A DNA stretch of 63,872 nucleotides, filler included, from Deltaproteobacteria bacterium (GTDB lineage: Bacteria > JAUYMQ01): assembly GCA_030698575.1 (NCBI GenBank). It is 9 parts of 9 records of this genome, joined end to end, with 100 filler letters (N's around TTAATTAATTAA, not from the genome) between each part and the next. Parts side by side here need not be neighbours in the genome. Positions count along the whole stretch, not along the records: positions 39,705 to 44,975 come from JAUYMQ010000087.1; positions 45,076 to 53,233 come from JAUYMQ010000088.1; 7 more parts are not named here. The stretch is one strand, 5' to 3'. The notes beneath the pieces are model-generated. The model saw only the letters and a list, made by a program, of their open reading frames with translations, was not told where the DNA came from and searched no databases. The position numbers and the translations under genes are program-made. Positions 40,473 through 49,789 of the stretch are shown in pieces. Within the stretch, counting starts at the first letter, position 1. Every line of letters begins with the position of its first letter.

Positions 40473-41926
40473 CGCTGTGACATCATCGCCGCGGTTTTCG
40501 GCAAGGACATCGCCTGTGCCTTCACCTCCAGCGGATGATCGACGATGTCATTGAACTTCTTCTCGTCGCCGGGCTTATAAGGAGCGGCGAAGTACTGGTA
40601 GAACCAGAACTTGTGCTCGCCTTTCGGGATTCGCTGAATATCCATGTAGTAGCCGAGCAGCGTTTCTCCCTTTTCCCGCTCTGGTGCGTCATCCCTCGTC
40701 GCGTCGTCGCGATAGAAAAAAACGTAAGGGAGCTTCGCATCGACAAGAGTTGGGCCGTACACTATCCGGAGAAGCGTCCCTGCGTTCTCTCCGTAGAGGG
40801 CGAACCACCGAACGCCTTCCCTCGTCTCGCCGACTCCCTTCATTTTGCTGCCGTTCAAGACAACCGGCTCGGGATGGCCCTCGGTATAGAAGCTCCAGCC
40901 ATAGACATTGGAGTCGAAATCAAGCCCGCTCCATGATTCACTCCCCCCGCGCAGCACGAGCTTCGGGTTGAAAGGAATCTTCATCTCGCTCGGGCCGACG
41001 ATGGCGTTTGAGTAAAACAGGTAGTCCACATAGGCGGAGGGTGTGACCTTCAGGAAAAGGATCTTCAGGTAGTATTCTGTGGCTCGAACTACCCGTATAG
41101 GGCCGATCTTGTATGCGGCGACCTTGGTGGTGATGTCTTCTTCATTGAAGTGGAAGGTCAGGTAGAGCCTTGATTTCAGGACCGTTCGCGCTTTGATCCG
41201 ATCGATAAGATTTGGTCCCTCGTCCCCGGAGCTGCTTTTCAGGCGCATATCGTCGATGAGGATTGCGTGCTCCGGATTGAAGTCAACCCGATACAGCGAC
41301 GAGTCCACCAGATCCTCAGCAGGATCGTAGTGCACGTAGCTGACGGTGGAGGCTTCGGGCGGATCGTCGAAATCGAAAAGGTAAAACCAGCCCTTCTCGC
41401 CCGTGAGCGGGTCGATTGCCTCGATTTCCGCGGCGGCCCTGGCAGTTCGGGGGAAGAGGGCCCGCGATGCCTTTGCACCGAGATCGGAAGCCATCACGAC
41501 AAGCTCGTCGTTCGAATCGAGCTTCCCGTCATCCTCGTCCTTGCTTGGGTTGTTCCCGTTCGTGGAGATGATCCTCCCCTTATCGTCGAACTCGTCCGCC
41601 TGGGAAGGAATGATCGCAAGCGCCCCTTCTCTGAGCGCGTAGGCACGGATCCCGAACGCGGGGCGCCCGAGCATTCCCGGAAGGTCGTTGCCCCGGACGA
41701 CAACCGGGTCATCGGTTCGCGCGAGTGTCTTCAAGGTCACAACGCCGGCGGGAAGCTCTGATTTTACGACCAGGGGATCGAGATCTCTTGCCGAACCAAT
41801 CGTTGGCGTGAAAAGAAGAAGCAGGGCGCCGAGCGTGACATATACGACGGCCGGGAGAATCTGACGAAATCGCGACGCATTCAATGTAAGGCTCCTTCGT
41901 CTGGACCGGCGCGGGGTAGTGGACAA
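40469..41926 (-). CDS. Exported hypothetical protein
   Basis: 485-aa ORF with N-terminal signal/TM segment; IP.Q.DE..., DG.LD.NDELV motif. Confidence 0.7.
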   Translation of the reverse strand: MSTTPRRSRRRSLTLNASRFRQILPAVVYVTLGALLLLFTPTIGSARDLDPLVVKSELPAGVVTLKTLARTDDPVVVRGNDLPGMLGRPAFGIRAYALREGALAIIPSQADEFDDKGRIISTNGNNPSKDEDDGKLDSNDELVVMASDLGAKASRALFPRTARAAAEIEAIDPLTGEKGWFYLFDFDDPPEASTVSYVHYDPAEDLVDSSLYRVDFNPEHAILIDDMRLKSSSGDEGPNLIDRIKARTVLKSRLYLTFHFNEEDITTKVAAYKIGPIRVVRATEYYLKILFLKVTPSAYVDYLFYSNAIVGPSEMKIPFNPKLVLRGGSESWSGLDFDSNVYGWSFYTEGHPEPVVLNGSKMKGVGETREGVRWFALYGENAGTLLRIVYGPTLVDAKLPYVFFYRDDATRDDAPEREKGETLLGYYMDIQRIPKGEHKFWFYQYFAAPYKPGDEKKFNDIVDHPLEVKAQAMSLPKTAAMMSQR

Positions 41927-42103
41927 TTGCTCGGCAAGTGGAGCGCCCCGGATATTGTTCCTCTCTGGCGCGACCCTGACTACGACTGCGACCCTTCGGG
42001 AATGTTCAATTTCCGCTGGCTGACCTGGTACTTCGGATGCGAGACTTCCGGGTCGTTTCCTGCCCGCGCTGCGGACGCATGGGATAAAGCGGGAGCAACC
42101 GGT

Positions 42104-43075
42104 TCATTGCTCCTGCAAGACCGCATCCGCGACATCACGGGCGATTTCTCGGTAGGTAGGTCCGGTGGGATGGTTGCCCGGGAGAAATAGTCGATCATTG
42201 ACGGGCACGCGTATCACCGCCGGTGTCGACTCGATCACGGTCAGACCATGCTGCTTCGCGACATCGCGAATAGCTTCGTTCGCGGACATGAAGGGCGCTT
42301 CCGTTTCAAAGGGATAGGTCACAAAGATGAGCCGGGCGCGCGCCGACTCCGCAAAGCCGTAAATGGCCTCGAAATCCCGTTGCGCCCGCTCCTTCATCCC
42401 TTTCCAGACATTCACGTCGCTCGACAGTCCGTACTTGATCCTCTCGAGCCGCCCGGCGATGTGAAGCAACATCTCTCCGGCAAGGCCGTGCTTCCCGACG
42501 TCGAGCCAGGGCGTGTCGTTCCCCGCTTTCGTGACATTGCTGGCCTCGAGCTCCCGGTCGTGGATGGCAACGCGCACGAACCGGTAGAGCCGGGAGTGCG
42601 CCGCAAAGCCTTCGAGCCTTTCGCGCCAGCCGAGCTGGCCCGAGTCCACCTCGGCGAGATTCCACGCGTTGTTCACGCCGCACCAGACGATGATTACCTT
42701 CGGGTCGTAACGGCTGGCCCACAACGGAAGTCGATGGCGAACCTGCGCAGTGTTCAGGCCGGGAATGCCCAGGTTGACCACCCGGTAGCGATTCGGGGCC
42801 TTCGCATCGAGGAAGCGCTGGAGGTGTGAAGGGTAGGACTCGCCGGTCTCGACTCCGGCGCCGTAGGTGTGGGAATCGCCGACGCTGAGGATGGTGATCT
42901 TCGCCGACCGGGGGCCTCCGTCCGACCTGTCGCTGACGAAAAAGGAGCCCGCCTGAAGGAAGATCTCGCCGAGCACAAGAGCGCCAAGAATCGACCAGCC
43001 CGCCAGCCGGAGGATCGTCCCGGCGCGCCGTTTCCAGCCATCATGATTCCGAGCTGATCCCGTGGGCGCGTTCAG
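42104..43075 (-). CDS. SGNH/GDSL hydrolase family protein (possible CTG start; GTG 42976 alternative)
   Basis: GDSHTYG, NLGIPG, GVNN, NHP blocks; frame open to CTG 43075, which overlaps the upstream TGA. Confidence 0.8.
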   Translation of the reverse strand: MNAPTGSARNHDGWKRRAGTILRLAGWSILGALVLGEIFLQAGSFFVSDRSDGGPRSAKITILSVGDSHTYGAGVETGESYPSHLQRFLDAKAPNRYRVVNLGIPGLNTAQVRHRLPLWASRYDPKVIIVWCGVNNAWNLAEVDSGQLGWRERLEGFAAHSRLYRFVRVAIHDRELEASNVTKAGNDTPWLDVGKHGLAGEMLLHIAGRLERIKYGLSSDVNVWKGMKERAQRDFEAIYGFAESARARLIFVTYPFETEAPFMSANEAIRDVAKQHGLTVIESTPAVIRVPVNDRLFLPGNHPTGPTYREIARDVADAVLQEQ

Positions 43076-43485
43076 TCCGACTCCTGCTTGATTTCGAGGA
43101 TGTAGCCGTCCGGATCCAGAATGTAGATCGACAAGCCTTGCCCGCGCGCGCCGTTTCGCAGCGTGGGCTCCCCGATTACCTGCACGCCCCTGGTCTTCAG
43201 ATAGTCAGCGATCGCATGGATGTTCTTTCCCGCGACCCCGATGCAAACATGATCGACGTGGCGCTTGCCGAGATCGGGTAGTGGTGAGTCGCCCATCATG
43301 GGCATGAGATCGATCATTCCACTGCCGCACTGGAGCTGCCAGAGCTCGACAGCCTCGTTGTAGTTGGCGAGCTTCATCCCGAGGACGTTCTGATAGAAGG
43401 CAAGCGACGTCTTCGGATCACGCACGCGGAAGACCACGTGATCGAGTTCGCGGAGGATGATGGGATTCTCGCGGGATTCAGCCAT
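43072..43485 (-). CDS. VOC/glyoxalase family protein
   Basis: LDHVVFRV, FY..VLG, DHVC, GARG.G.SIY..DPDG..LEIK; GGAGG RBS. Confidence 0.88.
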   Translation of the reverse strand: MAESRENPIILRELDHVVFRVRDPKTSLAFYQNVLGMKLANYNEAVELWQLQCGSGMIDLMPMMGDSPLPDLGKRHVDHVCIGVAGKNIHAIADYLKTRGVQVIGEPTLRNGARGQGLSIYILDPDGYILEIKQESD

Positions 43486-43721
43486 GAGGAACCTCCGGCG
43501 CCTAGGACGTTCGCGCGCCCGACCATGCCTCCATCTTGCCCGCCGGGCCACGGCCCGCGCAAGCCGGGGCCCATCGGCGTATCGGGCGAGCCGCGGCGTA
43601 ACGATTCTCCCCGCCCGGGGAAATGTCTTGACTCGGCGCGGGCTTGTGGGGATCCTGCGGCCCCTGGCCGTTCGCGACTCCCCCGCCCCCCTGCGGCGGG
43701 CCATGGGTTCAGGAGTCTGCG

Positions 43722-44489
43722 ATGGAAGCCAGGGACTGGGACCGTATCGCGCCCCAGTATCACAGCGAAGTCATCAGCCCTTTCCAGGAGGGGGTCGAGA
43801 ACCCGCTGCCGGGCGCGCTGCGCCGCCTGCGCGGCGCCGGCCGACTCGACGCCGCCGAGTTCGGCTGCGGCACGGGCGCCCTTCTTCCGCTCCTCTCCTC
43901 CCGCTTCCGCCACGTCACGGCCATCGATTTCTCGGAGCGAATGCTGTCGCTTGCGCGGCGCCAGCCGATCGGGCGCAACGTGCGCTTTCTGCGGCGCGAC
44001 CTGCGCGATCTGCACGGGTGCCGCGAGCGCTTCGACGCCGCCATCACCGTGAACGCGGTGCTCTCGCCCGACGCCCGCGAGGTCAACGACATTCTCCGGG
44101 GAATTCACGACAGCCTGCGCCCCGGCGGGCGGCTCATCGCCATCTTTCCGGCCATGGAGCCCGTGCTCTACCAGGCGATGCTCATCCACGAGCAGGAGAT
44201 GCACGCGACGAGCGGGCGGAAACGCGCGCTCGCGCGCACACGGCGGCGGCTCGAGCGCGGCAAGTTCAACTTCGAGCTGGGGCTGTACGACGACGGCAAG
44301 CTCTCGCAGAAGTTCTACTACGACTTCGAGATCCGCTACCGGCTGCGCCGCGCCGGCTTCCGCTGGGTGCGGCTGGGGAAGGTTTTCTACCCCTGGGACG
44401 AAGAACGGATCGGCTACGAGATGTTCCCCGGCGAGCCGCGCATGTGGGACTGGTTCGTGACGGCCCGGCGGCCGCGCGCCCGGGCCTGA
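43722..44489 (+). CDS. Class I SAM-dependent methyltransferase
   Basis: AEFGCGTG, AIDFSERML, LRPGG; AGGAG RBS. Confidence 0.85.
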   Translation: MEARDWDRIAPQYHSEVISPFQEGVENPLPGALRRLRGAGRLDAAEFGCGTGALLPLLSSRFRHVTAIDFSERMLSLARRQPIGRNVRFLRRDLRDLHGCRERFDAAITVNAVLSPDAREVNDILRGIHDSLRPGGRLIAIFPAMEPVLYQAMLIHEQEMHATSGRKRALARTRRRLERGKFNFELGLYDDGKLSQKFYYDFEIRYRLRRAGFRWVRLGKVFYPWDEERIGYEMFPGEPRMWDWFVTARRPRARA

Positions 44490-44671
44490 CCAGATCCTCC
44501 CGATTGTCCTTTGATTTCGAGCACATTCAGCTTTCCTGAGGCCCGCCTCGTGGCCTCTTTCACAACCTTCGATATAAATCGCAAGATCCGGATAGAGGCT
44601 CCATCCCCGGCTGCGCTATGCCTGTTCCCAGCAATGCCGCGAGGGCGCGCGCGTGCGAGGGAGGAAGAGCC

Positions 44672-44975
44672 ATGAACCGGTATGATGGGCAGGCGAGCAG
44701 TGCAGTTCTGAAGGAGATCGATCCGATGGCGGAGAGCGGGCGGCGCAAGCAGGAAGCAAAGGCCGGAGTAGCGCGCGACCGGCGCGTGCTCGCAGCCTGC
44801 CGCTTCATTGAGGAGAGCGCCGATCGCGTGCCCTCCCTCGGAGAGATCGCGCGCCGGGTCGGCCTGAGCCCCTATTACCTGCAGCGCATCTTCAAGCAGG
44901 CGCTCGGCGTGACGCCCCGTCAGTACGCCGACGCGCAGCGCGTGCAGCGCTTGAAGGCGAAGCTGCAGCGGGGCG
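44672..44975 (+). CDS. AraC-HTH protein resembling the Ada central domain, 3'-truncated
   Basis: ACRFIE...PSL.EIA..VGLSPYYLQR.FK...GVTPRQYA. Confidence 0.75.
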
Positions 44976-45075
44976 NNNNNNNNNNNNNNNNNNNNNNNNN
45001 NNNNNNNNNNNNNNNNNNNTTAATTAATTAANNNNNNNNNNNNNNNNNNNNNNNNNNNNNNNNNNNNNNNNNNNN
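44976..45075. other. Artificial contig spacer
   Basis: N-run with TTAATTAATTAA. Confidence 0.99.
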
Positions 45076-45396
45076 CCCGATCACCGTCTGGACCAGGTTC
45101 CGCGGCGCCTTCTCCGCAAACTCCGCGGGCGGGATGCGAGTCGGGATCGCGGAGATGTCGAAGCCGCTGCAGAAACTCCGGTCCCCCGCGCCGCGGACGA
45201 TGAGGCAGCAGACGTCCTCCTTGTCGAGGGCTTCAAGGGTCGAGTAGAGATCCGCGAGCAGTTCCAGATTGAGGGCGTTTCGCTTGGCGGGGTTGTTCAG
45301 GACGAGGGTAGCGATCGCGCCGCGCCGTTCGACGATTATCCAGTCAGACGCGGGCTGGCCAGAGACGGGCTGGCGGGACTCCGGTTGGTCAGGCAT
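45076..45396 (-). CDS. Enoyl-CoA hydratase/isomerase family, 3'-truncated
   Basis: LVLNNPAKRNAL, RGAG.RSFCSGFDI. Confidence 0.85.
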
Positions 45397-45429
45397 GAAT
45401 CGGTGCGCCTCGATGGGCCGGGAGGGCCG

Positions 45430-45645
45430 TCAGCCGATGACCGCGAGCACATCCCCTTCGCTCACCGCCGAGCCCTCGTTCACCCGGATCTCCGTGATGC
45501 TGCCGCTGGCCGGGGCCTCGACGGGCATCTCCATCTTCATCGATTCCAGGATGATGATCGTATCGCCTTCCAGAACGGAATCGCCAACCTTCGCTTCGAT
45601 CTTCCAGACGGTCCCGGTGATGTGTGCGGCAACGTCCGTCGGCAT
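45430..45645 (-). CDS. Biotin carboxyl carrier protein (stand-alone)
   Basis: LESMKME biotinylation motif; 71 aa. Confidence 0.92.
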   Translation of the reverse strand: MPTDVAAHITGTVWKIEAKVGDSVLEGDTIIILESMKMEMPVEAPASGSITEIRVNEGSAVSEGDVLAVIG

Positions 45646-45672
45646 TGCAGAAGCTCCTTGCCCGCTCGGGAC

Positions 45673-47025
45673 CTATGACCCCTGGGGCTTCAGTCGATTA
45701 TAGAGGAATCCGGTGTCGAACTCTCCCGCCCGGAATTCCGGGTGGCGGAGCACCTCTTTGTGCAAATCGATGTTCGTGTGAATCCCTTCGACAACATAGC
45801 CTTCGAGCGCAACGAGTGCGCGCAGAACGGCTTCCTCACGGGAGGCTCCCGAGACGATGAGCTTCGCGAGCAGCGGGTCGTAGTGGACGCTCACCACGGA
45901 GCCTTCGCCCACCCCACTGTCCACCCGCACCCCCTCCCCTTCCGGCGTCTTCCATTTGCTGATGGTGCCAGGGCTGGGCATGAAGTTCTTCGCCGGGTTC
46001 TCCGCGTAGATGCGGAACTCGATGGCGTGCCCGGATGGCTTGATGGCGTCCTGGCTGAACGGGAGCAGTTCCCCGGCCGCCACCCGGAGCTGCAGGTGGA
46101 CCAGATCGACCCCGCAGGTGACCTCGGTGACCGGATGCTCGACCTGGAGACGGGTGTTCATCTCGATGAAGTAGAAATTCCGGTCGGCATCGACAAGAAA
46201 CTCGATCGTTCCGGCGTTGACGTAGTCCACGGCCGCGGCGGCGCGCACCGCCGCTTCGCCCATCTGCTTGCGAAGTTCGGGTGTCAGAGCAGTGCTCGGC
46301 GTCTCCTCGATGACCTTCTGGTGCCGCCGCTGGATGGAACACTCACGCTCGAACAGATGGACGATGTTCCCGCGAGCGTCGCCGAATACCTGGAACTCCA
46401 CGTGCCGCGGGCCCGGGAGGCACTTCTCGATGTAGACCGAAGCATCGCCGAAGAGCGACTCTGCCCGCGACCGGGCGCCCTCGAAGACCTTATCGAGTCC
46501 CGCATCGTCCCGGACGAGCTGCATGCCGATCCCGCCGCCGCCGCCGGAGGCCTTCACAAAGACCGGGTAGCCCACATCCGCTGCAATCTTTTTCGCTTCG
46601 TCGAGTGAGCCCGTGGGGCCGGGGCTCCCGGGAACGACCGGCACGCCGGCCTTGCGCATCAGGTCCCGGGCCGCGGCCTTCGATCCCATCGACTCGATGG
46701 CCTCGGCCTGCGGTCCGATGAAGACGATGCCGGCTTCCCGGCAGCGGCGCGCGAAGCCGGCGTTCTCCGAGAGGAAACCGTAGCCCGGATGAATGGCCTC
46801 GGCCCCCGTGGCGCGGGCCGCTTCGAGGATGCGATCCGCGTCGAGGTAGCTCTGCCGCGCCGGCGGAGGGCCGATGAGAACGGCTTCGTCGGCCGCGCGG
46901 GCATGAGGCGCTCCGGCATCCGCCTCGGAATAAACGGCGACCGTCCGGATTCCCAGCTCGCGGCACGCCTGTTGAACGCGCAGCGCAATCTCTCCCCGGT
47001 TTGCAATGAGGACCTTCCTGAACAC
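45673..47025 (-). CDS. accC: Acyl-CoA carboxylase biotin carboxylase subunit
   Basis: KVLIANRGEIA, HPGYGFLSEN, RECSIQRRHQK, EMNTRLQVEHPVTE. Confidence 0.92.
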   Translation of the reverse strand: MFRKVLIANRGEIALRVQQACRELGIRTVAVYSEADAGAPHARAADEAVLIGPPPARQSYLDADRILEAARATGAEAIHPGYGFLSENAGFARRCREAGIVFIGPQAEAIESMGSKAAARDLMRKAGVPVVPGSPGPTGSLDEAKKIAADVGYPVFVKASGGGGGIGMQLVRDDAGLDKVFEGARSRAESLFGDASVYIEKCLPGPRHVEFQVFGDARGNIVHLFERECSIQRRHQKVIEETPSTALTPELRKQMGEAAVRAAAAVDYVNAGTIEFLVDADRNFYFIEMNTRLQVEHPVTEVTCGVDLVHLQLRVAAGELLPFSQDAIKPSGHAIEFRIYAENPAKNFMPSPGTISKWKTPEGEGVRVDSGVGEGSVVSVHYDPLLAKLIVSGASREEAVLRALVALEGYVVEGIHTNIDLHKEVLRHPEFRAGEFDTGFLYNRLKPQGS

Positions 47026-47070
47026 CGTTTAACTCTCCCGATTCGAAAGGAAGGAGGTCTTTAACACGCG

Positions 47071-47120
47071 TTGATTGGCCAGTCAACCGAGTTGACATTG
47101 ACGGTGGGGAGCGTTAAAAC
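47071..47120 (+). promoter_or_regulatory. Operator-like palindromes overlapping a sigma-70 promoter
   Basis: TTGATTGGCCAGTCAA (47071-86) and GTCAAC-CGA-GTTGAC (47082-96); TTGACA(47092)-N17-TAAAAC(47115). Confidence 0.6.
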
Positions 47121-47154
47121 CAGTCGGAATTCTCAACAAACTTCGAGGGTTTCC

Positions 47155-48582
47155 ATGCCCAAGCGCCCGGTCGGGATCGTCTCCTTCGGCGCCTACATTC
47201 CGCGCTACCGCCTCCCACGCGAGATCATCTCACGCCACTGGCGCCAGTCCGGCGGCAAGGGTGAGAAAGCCGTGGCGGGTTTCGACGAGGACAGCTTCAC
47301 GATGGCCTTCGAGGCGGCGCTGAACTGCCTCGACGGCTTCGATACCGATGCGCTTCGCGCCGAGATGCGCTTCGCATGCCTGGCGACCACGACGCCCCCG
47401 TACCACGAGAAGGCAGCCGCCGGCCTCCTGGCCACGGCACTCGATCTGAGCCGCGAGTGCCGCACCCTCGACAGCGCGAACACGCTCCGGGCCGCCACTG
47501 CGGGCATTCTCGCCGGGATCGACGCTATCAACGCCGGCGCGACCAGCAGGGCGCTGGTCACGGCGGCGGATCAGCGGCCCGCCGAACCGCAGACGGCCTT
47601 CGAGATGAGCTTCGGCGACGGCGCGGCGGCGGTTCTCCTCGGAAGCGAGGAGTGCATCGCCGTGCTCGAGGGACACGTGTCGATCAACGACGAGTTCCTC
47701 GGGACCTGGCGCCGCGACGTCGATCCCTATGTCCAGCAGTTCCCGGGCGGCTTCGAGACGAAGTTCGGCTACCAGCGGGTGCTCATGGAAAGCATCTCGC
47801 TCCTTCTCGACCGGCAGGGGCTGAAGCCGATGGACGTCAGCCGGCTGGTGCTTTACAGCCCCAACGCGCGGGCGCCGCAGAACGTGGCCAAGCGGCTCGA
47901 GATGGATCCCAAGAAACAGATTGCCGACGCGATGCTCGGAAACGTCGGCGACACGGGCTGCGCCCAGGTGCTTCTCAGCCTTGCGCGGGTTCTCGAGGAA
48001 GCGTCTCCGGGCGATCTCATCGTGGTCGCAAGTTACGGAGACGGGAGCGACGCGCTGCTGTTCCGCGTGACCGAGGCCATCGAGCAGCACCGCGGCCGGC
48101 GCGGCCCCTCTCACTACCTCGCGCGGCGCAGGCCCATGGAGAGCTACGGACGCTACAGCCTGTTCCGTGATCTCGTGAAGAGCATTCCGTCACCCGGCTC
48201 AAGCTCGCCGGTCGTGCTCTGGCGGGAAACGAAGCAGTATCTCCAGTTCTACGGCGAGAAGTGCGGGAAGTGCGAGACCATCCAGTTTCCACGGCAGCGG
48301 GTGTGCGTCGACTGCGGGACGAAGGACAACTTCGTCGATCACAAGCTGTCGCGCCACGGCATCGTGCACACCTTCACGAACGATTACCTGCACCCTTCGC
48401 TGGATCCGCCCACGACGGAGGCGATCGTCAACGTCGAGGGGGGCGGCCGGGTGCTCCTGCAGATGACCGACGCCGAACCGGATCAGATTCGCGTGGGGCT
48501 CGAGGTGGAGATGGTCCTCCGGAAGCTTCACGAGGGCGCGGGGATCAAGAACTACTTCTGGAAGGCACGGCCGCGCGACTGA
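47155..48582 (+). CDS. HMG-CoA synthase-like domain fused to DUF35 (Zn-ribbon + OB-fold)
   Basis: GAYIPRYRL, DEDSFTM, GDGAAA, VGDTG, SYGDG; C-terminal CGKC...CVDC and OB fold ending YFWKARP. Confidence 0.85.
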   Translation: MPKRPVGIVSFGAYIPRYRLPREIISRHWRQSGGKGEKAVAGFDEDSFTMAFEAALNCLDGFDTDALRAEMRFACLATTTPPYHEKAAAGLLATALDLSRECRTLDSANTLRAATAGILAGIDAINAGATSRALVTAADQRPAEPQTAFEMSFGDGAAAVLLGSEECIAVLEGHVSINDEFLGTWRRDVDPYVQQFPGGFETKFGYQRVLMESISLLLDRQGLKPMDVSRLVLYSPNARAPQNVAKRLEMDPKKQIADAMLGNVGDTGCAQVLLSLARVLEEASPGDLIVVASYGDGSDALLFRVTEAIEQHRGRRGPSHYLARRRPMESYGRYSLFRDLVKSIPSPGSSSPVVLWRETKQYLQFYGEKCGKCETIQFPRQRVCVDCGTKDNFVDHKLSRHGIVHTFTNDYLHPSLDPPTTEAIVNVEGGGRVLLQMTDAEPDQIRVGLEVEMVLRKLHEGAGIKNYFWKARPRD

Positions 48583-48627
48583 CGCGCCCGCCGGCCGCCC
48601 TCGGGCGCCGCCGCCAAAGGAGCAATC

Positions 48628-49779
48628 ATGGGAGACATTCGCGATCGCGTAGCCGTGGTGGGCACGGGGTGCGCCAAGTTCGGTGAAAACTACGACATGA
48701 GCATCGAGGACATGATCGTGGCCGCCGGCTTCGAGGCGCTGGAAGATGCAGGCGTGGCGCCCGGGGACATCCAGGCGGCCTGGGTCGGCACGCTCAACTC
48801 CGCTTTCTCGGGAACGAGCCTCGGAGACGCGCTCAAGATCCAGAACATTCCCATCACGCGCGTCGAGAACTACTGCGCCAGCGGCATGGACGCCTTCCGG
48901 AACGCCTGCTTCGCCGTGGCCAGCGGCGCCTACGACGTGGCGCTGGTGGTCGGCTTCGAAAAACTGCGCGACTCGGGCGCGCGCGGCATTCCGAACACGC
49001 GCAACCACCCGATGCTCGCATGGGGGGTCACGGCGCCCAATCTCTTCGCCCTCGCGGCGAACCGGCATTTCCACAAGTACGGCACCACCAAATCGCAACT
49101 CGCGAAGGTTGCCGTCAAGAACCACCACAACGGCGCCATGAACAAGAAGGCCCACTTCCAGATGGAAATCGATGAAGAGACAGTGCTCAACGCCCCGCTC
49201 ATCTCCAGCCCTCTCGGATTGTTTGACTGCTGTCCGACCACCGATGGCGCGGCGGCCGCTGTCATCTGCCGGACCGACATCGCAAAAAGCTTCCGGGATG
49301 ACTACGTCCTCGTGAAAGGGCTTGGCCTTGCGGTGACCTCGGGCGCGCCCTACTTCAAACCGGGCTTCGAGTACGACGGCTTCCCGGCCACCACACTGGC
49401 GGCCCGCCAGGCCTACGAGCAGGCCGGGATCAAGAATCCCCTCGAGGAGATCGACCTGGCCGAGACGCACGACTGCTTCACAATCACCGAGATCCTGAAC
49501 TACGAGGATCTGCTCTTCTGCGAAAAGGGGAAGGGAGGCCGCTTCATCGAGGAGGGACACTCGGCGATCGGCGGAAAGCTCCCGGTGAACCCGAGCGGCG
49601 GGCTGAAATCGTCAGGGCACCCGATAGGCGGCACGGGCGTCAGGATGATCTACGAGGTCACGCGGCAGCTCCAGCACCGCGTGGGCGACCGCCAGGTGAA
49701 GGACGCGCAGGTCGGTCTTGCCCACAACCTCGGCGGTCCCGGCGCCGTCGGCTGCGTGACCATCCTCGGCAATCCCTGA
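48628..49779 (+). CDS. Thiolase / acetyl-CoA acetyltransferase (SCP-x, archaeal type)
   Basis: VENYCASG, KNH.N, DCCP.TDGAAA, ETHDCFT, NPSGGL...GHP.GGTG, HNLGG. Confidence 0.9.
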   Translation: MGDIRDRVAVVGTGCAKFGENYDMSIEDMIVAAGFEALEDAGVAPGDIQAAWVGTLNSAFSGTSLGDALKIQNIPITRVENYCASGMDAFRNACFAVASGAYDVALVVGFEKLRDSGARGIPNTRNHPMLAWGVTAPNLFALAANRHFHKYGTTKSQLAKVAVKNHHNGAMNKKAHFQMEIDEETVLNAPLISSPLGLFDCCPTTDGAAAAVICRTDIAKSFRDDYVLVKGLGLAVTSGAPYFKPGFEYDGFPATTLAARQAYEQAGIKNPLEEIDLAETHDCFTITEILNYEDLLFCEKGKGGRFIEEGHSAIGGKLPVNPSGGLKSSGHPIGGTGVRMIYEVTRQLQHRVGDRQVKDAQVGLAHNLGGPGAVGCVTILGNP

Positions 49780-49789
49780 ACATCGCGGC

